Shown here: piece by piece, positions 38,875-51,300 of the stretch | Layout of the letters: the number at the start of each line of letters is the position of its first letter | How positions within the stretch are numbered: the first letter of the stretch is position 1 | Assembly (NCBI RefSeq): GCF_009914755.1 | Contig: NC_060926.1 | DNA length: 64,000 nt | Strand: one strand, 5' to 3' | DNA from: the human T2T-CHM13v2.0 reference genome, Homo sapiens | Position numbers and translations under genes: made by a program | The notes under the pieces: model-generated | What the model saw: the letters and a program-made list of their open reading frames with translations, nothing else | Databases searched by the model: none | What the model was told of the DNA's origin: nothing

Positions 38875-39869
38875 CTGCAAAAGAAATTTTTCCAGCATTA
38901 CATTTAGTCCCCACCAAAGCACTTGCTGTAATTATATATTCCAAGACAGAGAAAAGATGAGTTAAGTCTTTAGATAGACATGAGCCATAATTTAAAATGG
39001 AGTAATGTGTTAATAAGAACAAAAGATTGTCAAAGGAAAGGGATGAGAGTGTTCTTTATAAGGGAGCAAGACATCACTTTACTTGTCTCTATCAAAGAAA
39101 AGACAAGCGTTCCTTTATTAAGTAACATTACTAAAGATTTGTCCATTTTAGTGGCTGCTTGTTTAATTATTTGATAAGCTATTGAGCTGATACTTTAATT
39201 CTGCAAATTAGAAGATTATGTAAGGAAGATAAAGAAAATGTATTTGACTCTTCTGAAGAGTAGGGATATTAAGTGATAAGAAGATTGAAGTAGTTTTGTA
39301 ATGTCTTTCTAACCCTCATGTCAACTGCCTGGAAATTCTTATATGGCTTAACTATGAATGCATCCTCTAGGCCAACTCAAACTTGTAAAAATATTTAATA
39401 GCAGCAACTTCCCCTTTCCATTCTGCATCTTGAAGCCAGACTTTCAGAACCTCTCTTTTTAATTTTTTTAAGTCATCCTCCTTATCCTTTCCTCTTATTA
39501 TCTGAAGCTTCAATATTAGTCGCATTCCTAAATTGACCTAATTTGAGTAAAGAAACTTCCAAACGCGTCAGTATGAATAATATCATGTACTTGGTTTTAT
39601 GGAGACATTTTGACCAGAGTGAAAAGCACTGGTTGGGTCATCATGGGCCTGGGTTTTTCTTAGGATCACGTAAAAGGATTGTAGAGAAGAGGAAGCTATA
39701 GGGAACCTCATCGTTTTCACATTCAAGAGATGTGCTGCATTTGCCCTTCCCCTTGATATTCTCATTGACAAAGAAGACCAAGGGACAGCCTTCCCCAACA
39801 GTCCAAGTATGGCTTGACTGTACCTCTACCCCTGTCCTCAAACCACAGTTCATACTCACACTTTCTCTT

Positions 39870-39974
39870 GGGAAGAGGGAAAGAAAGAAAAGAAAGAAAG
39901 AAAGATAGAGAGGAGGGAGGGAAGGAGGGAAGGAAGGAAGGAAGGAAAGAAGGTAGGAAGAAAGGAAGAAAAGC
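39870..39974. repeat. Polypurine (GAAA/GGAA/GGAG)n low-complexity tract; pyrimidine tract on TTN sense strand, intron 50
   Basis: About 105 nt almost free of pyrimidines on + strand. Confidence 0.9.
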
Positions 39975-40097
39975 TTGCTACTAATATTTTGGTTAATGAA
40001 GGCATTCAAGTATTTGATGAGTGTTAACTATTTGAAAGTCACCCTACATATCAATTAGAAAATTGGGAATAGGATATTTGTGTAGTTGTCTTATTTT

Positions 40098-40399
40098 CTT
40101 TCTTTCTTTTTTTTTTTTTAGGTGGAGTCTCGCTATGTTGCCCAGGCTGGAGAGCAGTGGTGCAATCCTGGCTTACTGCAACCTCTGCCTCCTGGCTTCA
40201 AGCAATTCTCCTGCCTCAGCCTCCCAAGTAGCTGGGACTACAGGTGCGTGACACCACGCCTGGCTAATTTTTTATATTTTTAGTAGAGATCGGGTTTCAC
40301 TGTGTTAGCCAGGATGGTCTCGATCTCCTGACCTTGTGATCCGCCTGCCTTGGCCTCCCAAAGTGCTGGGATTACAAGCGTGAGCCACCGTGCCCAGCC
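40098..40399 (-). mobile_element. AluS-family (AluSc-like) element in intron 50, sense to TTN
   Basis: Full dimer, T-rich tail, TSD GTCTTATTTT (40088 / 40400). Confidence 0.95.
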
Positions 40400-40881
40400 G
40401 TCTTATTTTTAAATTAGTAAAAATGCCTAGAGAGAATCCTAGTTTTCAGTCCTATACTAGCTCCCTGTCTTACATTAGGATTTAATTTTAGACTTAGACA
40501 CTGACTTTTTTAAGTTTGTAATTCTGTTCTTAATTGGTTATTTGATTTAAAATTTTTAAATACATTGAGACATTATTTTTTTTTAGTGGCACCAAACTGT
40601 CCTGATATGTTTTATATGAAGGGCCAAGCTGAGCTCATTTGATTACTTAACTTTGTTCTCAAATAATAAATTATTTTTTCTTTGGTCAGTAGTAGAAATG
40701 TGACTGTAAATAATGATTTCTTATCCCATATAGGCTCTGCAGTACCTACCTACCATGTTACTGTCTTGGTTGTTGGTCTCTCCAGTTGGTAATACAAGCA
40801 TTTCCCACACATGTACAGAAAGCAAAAAGGACAACAATATGAAATGAAGTGACAACATCTGTGCCAATGTATGGCATTTAC

Positions 40882-41160
40882 CTGTCACAGTTAGTGTGGC
40901 TGTACAGCTGACACTGCCATACTCATTGGAAGCTTTGCATGTATACTCGCCGCAGTCAACCACCTGGGTTCTCAGGATTTCAAGGCTGGAGATATACTTT
41001 GAAGATCGAATAGAACACTTGTCACTCTCATAAATTTCTCGGCCAGCTTTAAACCACTGGAACCGGACATTGGGAGCACTTTGGATCTCACAGGTGAATT
41101 TGGCTAGGTGGCCCAGTGCTACTTCCAGGGGTTCGATTTTCCTCTTGATCACTGGGGCAG
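40882..41160 (-). CDS. TTN: TTN exon 50, Ig I27 (AAPVIKRKIEP...)
   Basis: 279 nt, AG/GTAAAT. Confidence 0.96.
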
Positions 41161-41940
41161 CTGCAAAGGGAAGTAGAGTCCATTAACATGCCTCCTTATC
41201 AGGCATATGACATTTTTGTTTTTCTTCTAACTTTTGTTGCTGTTAATGGAGTAAAACAGTTGAAATTGGTGAGATGGATTACAGCAGTTTAAGGCAAGTG
41301 ACTGGAAAATGAGAAAGATCATTGAAGGCAAAAGAAGACAATAAGCTTTTTTTAAAAAAAACCTATTCAATCATTGCTTTGCAGTGAATTGTGAAAAAAT
41401 GTGATGCTATTGGATTATATGCATAACAACATGATATATTCTTTAAATATACCATGCTGAATGGGAACACTGAAAATAATGTGAAGAAACATGATATACT
41501 AAATAAAGTGATGAAGTGAAACAACAACAAAAAATAAACAGAAAAAAGAAACAGACAACTAATCATGGTTATTTTAAATCTAAGGGTGAGACCAGTGATT
41601 TCAGAGTGGCTAGGTGTTCACTGATACTTTTTATTACATATTATGAAAGTTATCTTCATATGAAAATTAACTAAAAGCTTATCTATTGGTATTATGAAAC
41701 ATATGAAAATATGTTTTATTTTTAAAATAAATAGTACCATGGATATGATAGCATAGCACCCAACAGGGCAGTAAGGGAAAAGGTGAGTTCATAACCATGA
41801 TTATGTCTGTGATTTCATTCTTACTCTAAATAAATTACATTCTGGAAGTGGCAGATAAGTGAAAATTTAAGTGATGCAAGCTAAATCATTACAATCCAGT
41901 GAATGTTAGCATTTGATCTATTTTATCCTTAAAATCCAAC

Positions 41941-44721
41941 CTCTTTTTACTACAGTGAGTTTGGCTGAAGTTGCTGTTTTTCCGCTGTCATTCAAGGCCT
42001 CACAGACATACTCTCCTTGATGGTCTTCGGTATTTACTTTGTCGATGACTAGCGTATATGTATTTTGATCTTGTAAACACTTGAACTTTTCATCTGAAGG
42101 CACCAGTTTATTCTCAAAATACCAATTCACCTCTTTAGCATTTGTTATGGATGTTGTGAGGTGTACAATATCACCTTCCTCAGAAACAGTGTCCACTAAA
42201 GGTGTATGTATCATGGGGCCATCCTCTTTGATTAAGCCACCCTCAGCTTCCTGTATCTTTACTGTAGCAACCTCCTCAGTACCACTTTCAGAGGAAGACT
42301 CCTCTTTTTCCTCTGATGGTTTCAGACTCTCATCTTGTTTTTCGTCAGAGACAACAGCTGAAGCAACCCCTTTAGTGACAGGTGTGGCATCCAAATATTT
42401 AACCCTACTTTGCACGTTAAAATAACTGACCTCTTCAGTTGAGATCAGATATTTAGATTCAACTTCTGGTTCAGTAATGGGTTCAACCTTCTGTGAACCT
42501 GAAAAAGAATCCATTTCTTCTTGCAAACTTGTTTTGGCTCCTTGCTGAATTCTAGGACCCTCAGCTGTTAGGATGTCTATTTCCTCATATATAATAGCAC
42601 ACAAAGCATCCCTAAGTTCCATTTTCAGGTTAGCCATTTGAGGATCAACATCTTCAATAATGATGGTTACTTCTTCTGTTACAGACTTTGCCGAAGTAAC
42701 AAGGTACATGCACATGATGTGTCTGGGCTCTTGGGTGATGTTTACAGCCTCGACCTCCACCTTTTCAATATTTCTTAGCCACTCAGAGAAAAGACCTGGC
42801 TGCTCGCTGGCCACGGCTGCTTGCAAAGCCTGGCAGATTTGAATTTTCAGGTTTAATCTCTGCTCTTCTGGAATACCAGAAAGCAAGCTTTCCTTAGAAA
42901 GAAGGTCCCTTCCCTGTACCTCCTGCACTTTCTTTATTGCCACGGGCTCTCTTTTAGACTCAATGATTTGGTCTGGGGGCATCACCACGTTGTCAGAATG
43001 CTCTTCTTTGAGCAGTACCTGCTTTTCTTCAAGTGCTAGTGGAAATCTTAAGGACTTGCCTTCCTCAATTCTGACCGCAGAATCTTGCCCTGCATTTTCC
43101 AGTGGATTTGCACTTTCTATCAAAATTTTACCTCCTTCTGTGCATGAGTGTTCTGAAGGGACTAGGGGCTCATAGTTTACCTGAGAGATCATGACATCAG
43201 GACTCTGGAGACTCTCCACGTGTCCCTCAGCTAAGCTCTGACTCAAGATGAGCGCACTTTGTGCCTCTTGCTTTTGAAGAGTCACTCTTTGCTCTCTGTT
43301 GGTGTCAGATACTGTCTTTTCTTTTGGTGAAAGTACTTCCTCAGCCACAGAGGTTAGATAAGAATGCATTGGAGGTTCTATTGAAGACTGTGGATAATTC
43401 CCTTCAGGTTCAGCTAATAAAGTTTTCAGAGGCTCAACTGTTAATGAATTAATTTGTTCTATGGACATGGCACTTGGGAAGATTTTCTCGGTATCTGATA
43501 GAACTGCCTGTGTCTCAGGCTCTTCAGGCATTAGAATACCTTCTTTGGAGAAGGTTTTCTGGGACTGTACAATCTGCAGCTGTAGGTTGGGAGATGGTTC
43601 CTTGAGAGGCTGAAAGTGAATACTGCCATTGATGCAAAGAAATTCCCTGGTGCTTTCAGGAGTGAGCTTGTCTTGCTCCAAAATGGATTGCAATTCCTGA
43701 GCTCCCAAAGGAAGCTGACTGCTCAATTCATTGGCTTTAGCAATATGCTCATAAGATAGTTGCTGGTTTTCTTCTGTAATTAAAGCAGCTTTCAAAATGG
43801 TGTCTTTTACAAACGTTGCAATTTCCTGCTCTGAGTCAAGTGCTTCAACTGCGGGACCCTTTAAGGGTGTCTGTGGAAAATCCTCAGGAGCCTCTGGTGT
43901 GGACTTTGCTTTGCAGGGGGTATCAGTCATGTCTGTGTCTTCCAGAAGCACAAGCAGCTCTGCTGCACAGGTGGACTCACCCAACATATTCTCTGCTTTA
44001 CAGATATAGAGGCCACTGTCTTCCCTCTGAGGGTCATTGACAATGAAAGTTCCAGAGCCATTAGGGTTATGAATGATAGTGTAATAAACACTGGTGCAAA
44101 GCTGCTTGTTTTCTTTGAACCATGTAACAGTAGGGGCAGGCTCTCCAACCACTGTGTACTCAAAGATGGCAGGAAGCCCTTGAGCACAGCGAATTGGTTT
44201 TAACTCCTTAAGGAAGTGAGGAGGACAAGGACCTCCCAGCTTTTCCAGAGATTTTGCCACTGCTGATTCTGTTTCAGTGTCTTTGTGACCCTCTCCTTTG
44301 GAATTAATTTTTAGATAGGCACTACATATTGTCTTTCCATAGTCATTACTGGCCATACATGTATACTCTCCCTCATCCTCCAATTTGGTGAACAGAATGA
44401 TCAGGCTATGATCATCACCGTCAAAAACAAATTTGTAGTCAGCAGAAGGGGTTAATAGCACTCCATTAAAGAACCACTGAATTTTAGGTTTGGGGATGCC
44501 AATGACAGTTACAGACAGTGTAGCCACATCCCCCATGCTTATATCAGCATTTGACACTTCTTTGATGAAAATTGGGCCAGTGCCTTCCTTTTCGGAATCA
44601 AATTTAGTTGGGTAAACTGGAGATTCAGACAAAAGTTCAAGTGTTTCATTTATTTTAGATAATTGAAGTTCGGCGCTATGAAGTCCTTCTTCCTCGGCAG
44701 ACAGAAAAGAACTAGAAAACT
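41941..44721 (-). CDS. TTN: TTN exon 49, cardiac N2B element (Ig I24, I25, N2B unique spring sequence, I26)
   Basis: 2781-nt open exon EFSSSFLSAEEEG...SAKLTVVK, CCCATACAG acceptor, GTTGGA donor. Confidence 0.97.
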
Positions 44722-47700
44722 CTGTATGGGGAAAAATGATTATTATTTTACTATAAAATTTTATTTAATATAAAAATAGAAATCAAAGAATTAGACACCA
44801 GTTGATGGCCTTCTTCTGCTTTATTCCTGGAATGATTAGATTATTCCAAGATTAATGTATCAAAAAGCACATTTCTAAATTTTTCTTAGCTTAACATATA
44901 AAATTATGCAAAATTATAGATACTGTACAAAAGCAATTTTTGATCCACTTCATCTGTGATAGAGTTCATGTTTTAAAAATGCTCTCATGAGTTTTTCTTG
45001 AGATATAATTCCAATTTTAAAGTTTGAAAAACTGCTAATTAAATAGTTATAATAATCCAGCATTATTTAAATCAACTTCTAAAAAGATCCAGAATTGTTA
45101 TTTATATTTAGAGTTTTCTTGAGGTTAAGAATAATCTTCTTTGTTAAAGACTGATTATTTCCAAAATAAACCATTGATGTTCTAATTACTGCCTCTAAAG
45201 TCATTATTAAAAATAAGAGGCTACAGGAAATGTTTAATTTGGATTTGTAAGAGAACCACTGTTTTCAGTTTCTAGAAATGCAGGCCTTCTTTCATCTATG
45301 TAAATCACCATATTACTTGAACAAAGCCTTTGTAATAAGGCATTAGCCAAGAAAATAAGATAATCAAAAATAAGAGAAAACAACTCCAATATTAAAAGTT
45401 CATTGTATTTTATTGTATAAGAAAACCTATACAGAACCACTGAGCAAGAAACAAAGCAGTGCATAACAGAGACTCTTTAAACAGTATCCTGGATGACAGG
45501 ATGAAAGACATGTAATTTTAAACAAGGAATTCGATTTTTTATTAAACCTCTTAGCTATGTAGAACAGGCCTGTTATTAGTAGTTTTATTGCCTTAGCAAA
45601 AGGCAGTTTTATGATTTTATTTGGTGACTTCACTTGCATCACATGAAATAGACTTACACCTTAATTCCTTTCTGTTCTAGCATATAAGCATTAGAAGACA
45701 GGACTCAAGTGTCTGCTGGCTGTAAAAATACTGGAGAAACTCATCTATAGCATGCAGAATACATATTCAGGTATTTATTATTTTAAGTAAACCATAAAAC
45801 CATTGATAATTTTACATATTAATGGTGATCACTTAACTTCGCATTTAATCTACAATACATAATTCGCGTTACCTTTCCCTTCACTTGAACTCACAAAATA
45901 TCTGTAAAGGGAGTGAATGTGAATACAGTTAAAATACCCTTACTCACTACTATGTTGAACTATTTGCAAATATTTTACTTCAAGCCATGGTATTATTAGC
46001 CATAAAAAGGATAGTAAATGAAATTCAAATGTGCTGAAACTTGAAAGGCATAGTTTAAAAAATTACATGTTGTGGTAGCAGCTATTAATTGTCTAAACTC
46101 AACTATGTGCAATACAATAAATTCTTTATCCAGAATCAGAGAAATTAATATTTTGGGGTTTTATGTTACGTGCCATTGAGTCAGAAAATAAAAAATTCCA
46201 TTTCATTATCTATGACAATTAAAGTAAGCCAAGGCTTACTTTTCTTTATTCAGTCACTGTTATTCTGCGTATACTCAAGCTCACCATACTTGAAACTAAC
46301 AGAATTACAGAATTCTAATGAGCAAAACCAAACAAAGCCCTCTTTACTATATGAATAAGAGTGTTTTTCAGCTCTTCCTGAAATCCAGTAGGACATAAAA
46401 ACATTTTTCTATTTCTCTCTTTCTCTTTTTTTAAGAAACAAGGTTTGAACTGTTGCTGTGCTGTATGATGTTTGAGTAAAGCATGCTTGTCATGTTTGCC
46501 TCAATCTGAGTTTCTCGTTAATTTTAACATCCATTATGTGACTAAGTGCAGAATAAATCTCTAAGTTCCTAATCTATAGAATTAGTTTTATTTCAGGAAT
46601 TTGTGATGTGATATATTACATTATGTCTATAATTATTATCACAGATATTGTGTGCTCACTGGTTGGAACAGGAATGATTGTTCTACAATAGTGTATCTAT
46701 GCTGATGAGTTATGGTGGCTCAAACAGATAATTCAAAATTTTTTTTGTGAGGGAGGCAGGGGAGGCCTGGCTGCTCTGCCTATTTTCTGTACATTGTCTC
46801 TATTGCTTCTTTAATTTGGATAGCTGTTAGAGAATTCCCATGTTGAGAATAAAGACTGATAGATGAAAGAAACATAATAAACATAATTGGATATGAATTC
46901 TTTTGAAAATTAAATTTAAATTGTTTACATTTCTAATTAAAATTAGCATTTTAAATATGATAATGGTACTTAAATATTGCTAAATGCAGGTGACAAATGT
47001 AGCCATTAAGTAACAATAAGTAATTTAAGAGGTGGAGGGAGATAAAATTTATCTTTCATTGTAATATTATTTCTCTCGTCCTTTGTTACAAAATTAAAGT
47101 TTATTCTAAATTGTATTAAGAATAATTACTATTAGCTTAACACAGAATTGTATTGTTGAATGATCACCTCTAAGGTCTTTTGGTCCTACCCTTCATTTTC
47201 AGAATTTTTTATATTTGTCGAGTCTTATATGAGAAGACTTGGGTCCACATTAGTATATAGGTAAGATATTAAGGAGTATGTTAATTTACTGTTATTTTAA
47301 TTTTAAAAGACAAAATTAAAGAGTTACTTTAGAAACATAAACATCACAATAAAAATTGAATGCTTATTAAGCTATATTCGTTTTAAAGATGAAATTCAGT
47401 GAAACTGATAGGAAAGCTTGTTATCTTGTTATTTATATATAATCTGAAATACAAATTACCATATTGTCTCAATTCTAAAAATATCCCACCTTTTTTTAAA
47501 TTTTAAAGATTCTGAAATCAGAATACAGTTTTAAAATCTATATGTAAACACAATATGATAGTTTCCCTTTTTTCCCCAGGCCAATACTAAATTATTGCTG
47601 CATTTTACACTTGATGTCATCTCAAAAATGGAGAAAAATAAGGTATCTCCAAAAGTGGAAAGATCTATTTGCTTATTTTGCAAATGTCTAGGTGAACCCT

Positions 47701-48302
47701 GCCCACAAAGAGCACAATTGGTCCCTTGAAGCCAGTGAGAATTAAAGCACTTATGAAGAGGAATATTAATAACGAAAACATTTTTAAAAGAGATGAAGTT
47801 AATATATTAAGATTGAAATGTCAAACAGATTATAGAGTTAGTTGCCAATTGGGAGAAGCTGGTTTTTGTTGTTTGTTTTGCCTATTCTAAGTCAAAGTAA
47901 ATAAACATGAGTTTGGATGCAAAGGGGTTAAAATTCCAAAAATAACTTAGAATGGGAGCAGAGAGATTTGCCCTTACCAATTTGTCTGCGTGGTCATCTG
48001 ATATGGTCTCCACTTTTACATTGTACTTTTGCATATATGGTTTATCTGCTAAAAGAGAGTCCATTCCACTGAAACACTTTGTGGAGGAGGCATGAGGGTA
48101 AATAGAAGTACAAACAATTAGGTAGCCAAGGAGAGATTTAATTGTGTTTGATATTACACAGCATGATTGACACAAGTGATGATTCCACAGTTCAGATAAC
48201 AAAATATTTACATGTATTACAAAGATGAGATTTCTACATAGAGATTATTTCTTTAGGGGTCTCCAAGGTAATGAATTCAAATATGGTGGACCTGTTTGGA
48301 AG

Positions 48303-48308
48303 TTTATT
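48303..48308 (-). terminator. Candidate proximal AATAAA poly(A) signal for Novex-3 transcript (another at 47100-47105)
   Basis: TTTATT on + strand ~80 nt after the Novex-3 stop; the used site cannot be determined from sequence. Confidence 0.3.
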
Positions 48309-48384
48309 AGATCCACATAATTTGGAAAATATGAAAGCACTCAGATCAATGCTAATAATTACTGAGGCACTAAAACATTACATT

Positions 48385-51300
48385 TTAAGTTAAGGTGAGT
48401 GCTGCAAAGCTCTCAGCCATTCCTGATTTGTTTGTAGCTACACACCTATACTCTCCTTCATCACTCTTTACTAAGCTTGTTATAAACAGGTTATGGAACC
48501 CTGTGCCACTTTCCTCAACAGTGAACCTTCTTCCTTGGACTAATTTTCCATCTTTGTACCAGTAAACCGTGGGTCTTGGAGAGCCACGAACTAAGCACTG
48601 AAAATATGCTGCTGTACCTATTGGTGCATAACAGTCAGAAATACCTTTGATAAACCTGGGAGGCCCTTCCACCACCTGAAATTCAAAAAAACTGTCTGTG
48701 TAGTTGCTCTTTAAGACCAATTCTTCCATTAAACTGCTTAAAGTCACTTTGCTTTTCTTTGCTATCACAGCAAATATTTCAGAATCTCCCATGGTGAGGA
48801 ATCCCCGACAGATAGCCTCTCCTACACAATTCACAGCTCTGCACCTGTATGTTGCACTATCAGAAAGACAGACATTTCGAATTTTAAGAGTGTGACTTCC
48901 CTTCTCCTCGCTAATCACGTATTTAATATTATCTGGCTCAATACACATATATTCTTTATACCACTTAACTTCGGGAGTCGGGATCCCTATGACTGAACAT
49001 TTGAATACAGCATCTGAATTTTCTGGAATTTTAAAATCACAAATAGGCATTATAAAGCGAGGAGGCATTTCAAATACTTCTAAATCAATTTTTAGTTCTT
49101 TGTCTTCTCCCTCCCTTGAATCCATATTTGGATCTACAAAATTAAATGGAAGAACATCTAGACTCACAATCATACTTTTATGGTCAGGAGTAAATTCGGG
49201 AACTGTCACTATTTTCACCTGCTTCTCAAATTCTTTAACGTCTTTTTCACTTAATTCAACTTCCAGGACAATTTCTTGAGGAGAAGGTGTTCTTGATGAT
49301 GTGGTGTGTTCCAAATCAAACTCCATGACATGCTGATGTGTTACTGGAGGTGGTAGTGCCACCACTCTTTCTTCCTGGGGCATTATGTCTACATTTGCAA
49401 AGCTCTTTGCTTCCCCTATGATGTTTACAGCATGACACATGTACTCTCCCCCTTCTCCTTTTTGAATGTTAGAAATTTCCAGTGAACACACATTACCCAC
49501 TCTTTCCATTTTGATTCTTTCATCTGGCTCTAGTAAAGATTTATTTCGATACCATTTCACACCAGGAACTGGAAGACCTTCAACTTCAACAATGAAGCCT
49601 AGTGTTGTGTTTTCATATACCTTCCTTTTGGTCAGAGGTTCAATAAAAGATGGAGGCATTTCATTGTCTTTTGGCTCAATGGCTTCATTGGGTGTACCAA
49701 ATGAATCGGAACGCCATATTTCATAAGCTGAACCCCTCTCTTCTGTAGGTGTGTAGAAATGCTCATTTGGTGTACCGTCTTCCCTTTCTATTTTTGATGG
49801 ATATGTTTTAAAAGTACCAGTGGGGTTTGGTCCTCCAGTAGGAATAGAATATCTCTCTAGTGCCTCCCCTGGGGGTGTGGAATATCGCTCTAGAGTCTCT
49901 CCTGGGGGTGTGGAGTATCTCTCCAGAGTCTCTCCTGGGGGTGTGGAATATCTCTCTAGAGTCTCTCCTGGGGGTGTGGAGTATCTCTCTAGAGTCTCTC
50001 CTGGAGGTGTGGAGTATCTCTCTAGTGTCTCCCCTGGGGGTGTGGAGTATCTTTCTCCTACCTCACCTTCGGAAGGTGTTGAATATCTTTCAGCAACTTC
50101 CCCTAAAGGTGTGGAATATCTTTCAACTGTCTCACCTCCTGAATGTATTGAGGATTGTTTAGTTATATCTGAAGGATTAAAATATAAGTCAGGGGACTTT
50201 GGAGATTCAAAATATTCAACAGATGATGGTGGGGTATAAAACTGATCTAACTCAGATATTTCTTCACTGGTTGTACTTCCCACACCAATGGAAATGTCAG
50301 ACTCAGGAGAAAGTGGACGACCTAGTGATTCCTGTTTCTGGTTGTAGTATTCATACACAGTGTTGAAAGTTACTTCTTCCACCTCCATTGAAGTGATTGA
50401 TTCACTCTGGACAAGCTTTGCCTGGTCTCTGGTGTCTTTAGTTTCAGGAACCTCACGCTTTCCAGCAGCAAGTAAATATTGTGTTAGGGAGGTCTCAGAT
50501 TCTGCTGCCTCAGTGGTATGTGCCTCATCTAATTTAGGAATATTTTGAGAAAAACTAGTTTCTATCATTTCTCCTTCTAAAGTGGAGAAAGAAGCTTCAT
50601 TCTGAACTTGAACTTCTTCATAACATTTTTCTTCTCCAGAGGCATGAATGTTTGTACTTATTTGTTCACCTGGATTCTGTTGTTCTTCAGTCATCAAGAG
50701 TGGGAAGCACTGACTCAGGGAGAGCTGTCTATGGAGTGTGTCAGCTTCCTGAACATCACCTCTGTGGTCTTCCAAAGTGGCATCTGTATATTCCTGTGTC
50801 CCACCATCCTGCTTTGGAAATGCTGCCAACTCTGGTTCTAGAGTGCATTCTTCTTCCATTTCACCAACCCCTAAAGGCTTTTCCTCACTTGCTGCTTTTT
50901 TCAAATGTGAGATGGAACTTCTGCCTCCATTTTCTAGAGGACAACTTTTCTCAGAAAGATCAGTTTCTTCTATATCTGCAGATGAGGTTGGAAGTAGGGC
51001 ACATGATTCACTATAGATTTCTTCAGAAAAGGATTTAAGAGAAAGATCAGTTTTTAAAATGTCTAAGTTTTGTTCCTGTACATGTCGGACTTCTTTTTCT
51101 AAAGAAATGGAATTTTCATCAATACTACTTTTCTCCACCATAGTTCTATTTGAAAGCTCTTGACTGGAAGAAATTTCTTGACTGGCAAATACATTATTTT
51201 GCACACTTTTAGAGATATTGTGTGTGTCAGGTTGTAACGTTTCAGGGCTAGGAATTTTTTCTTTATAATGTATTTCCTGCTGTTCCCTAGTTTCTTGCCC

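Noticed and set aside
50050-50075. YLSPTSPS on the + strand resembling the Pol II CTD heptad
   Set aside because: Coincidental antisense reading of the Novex-3 repeat.
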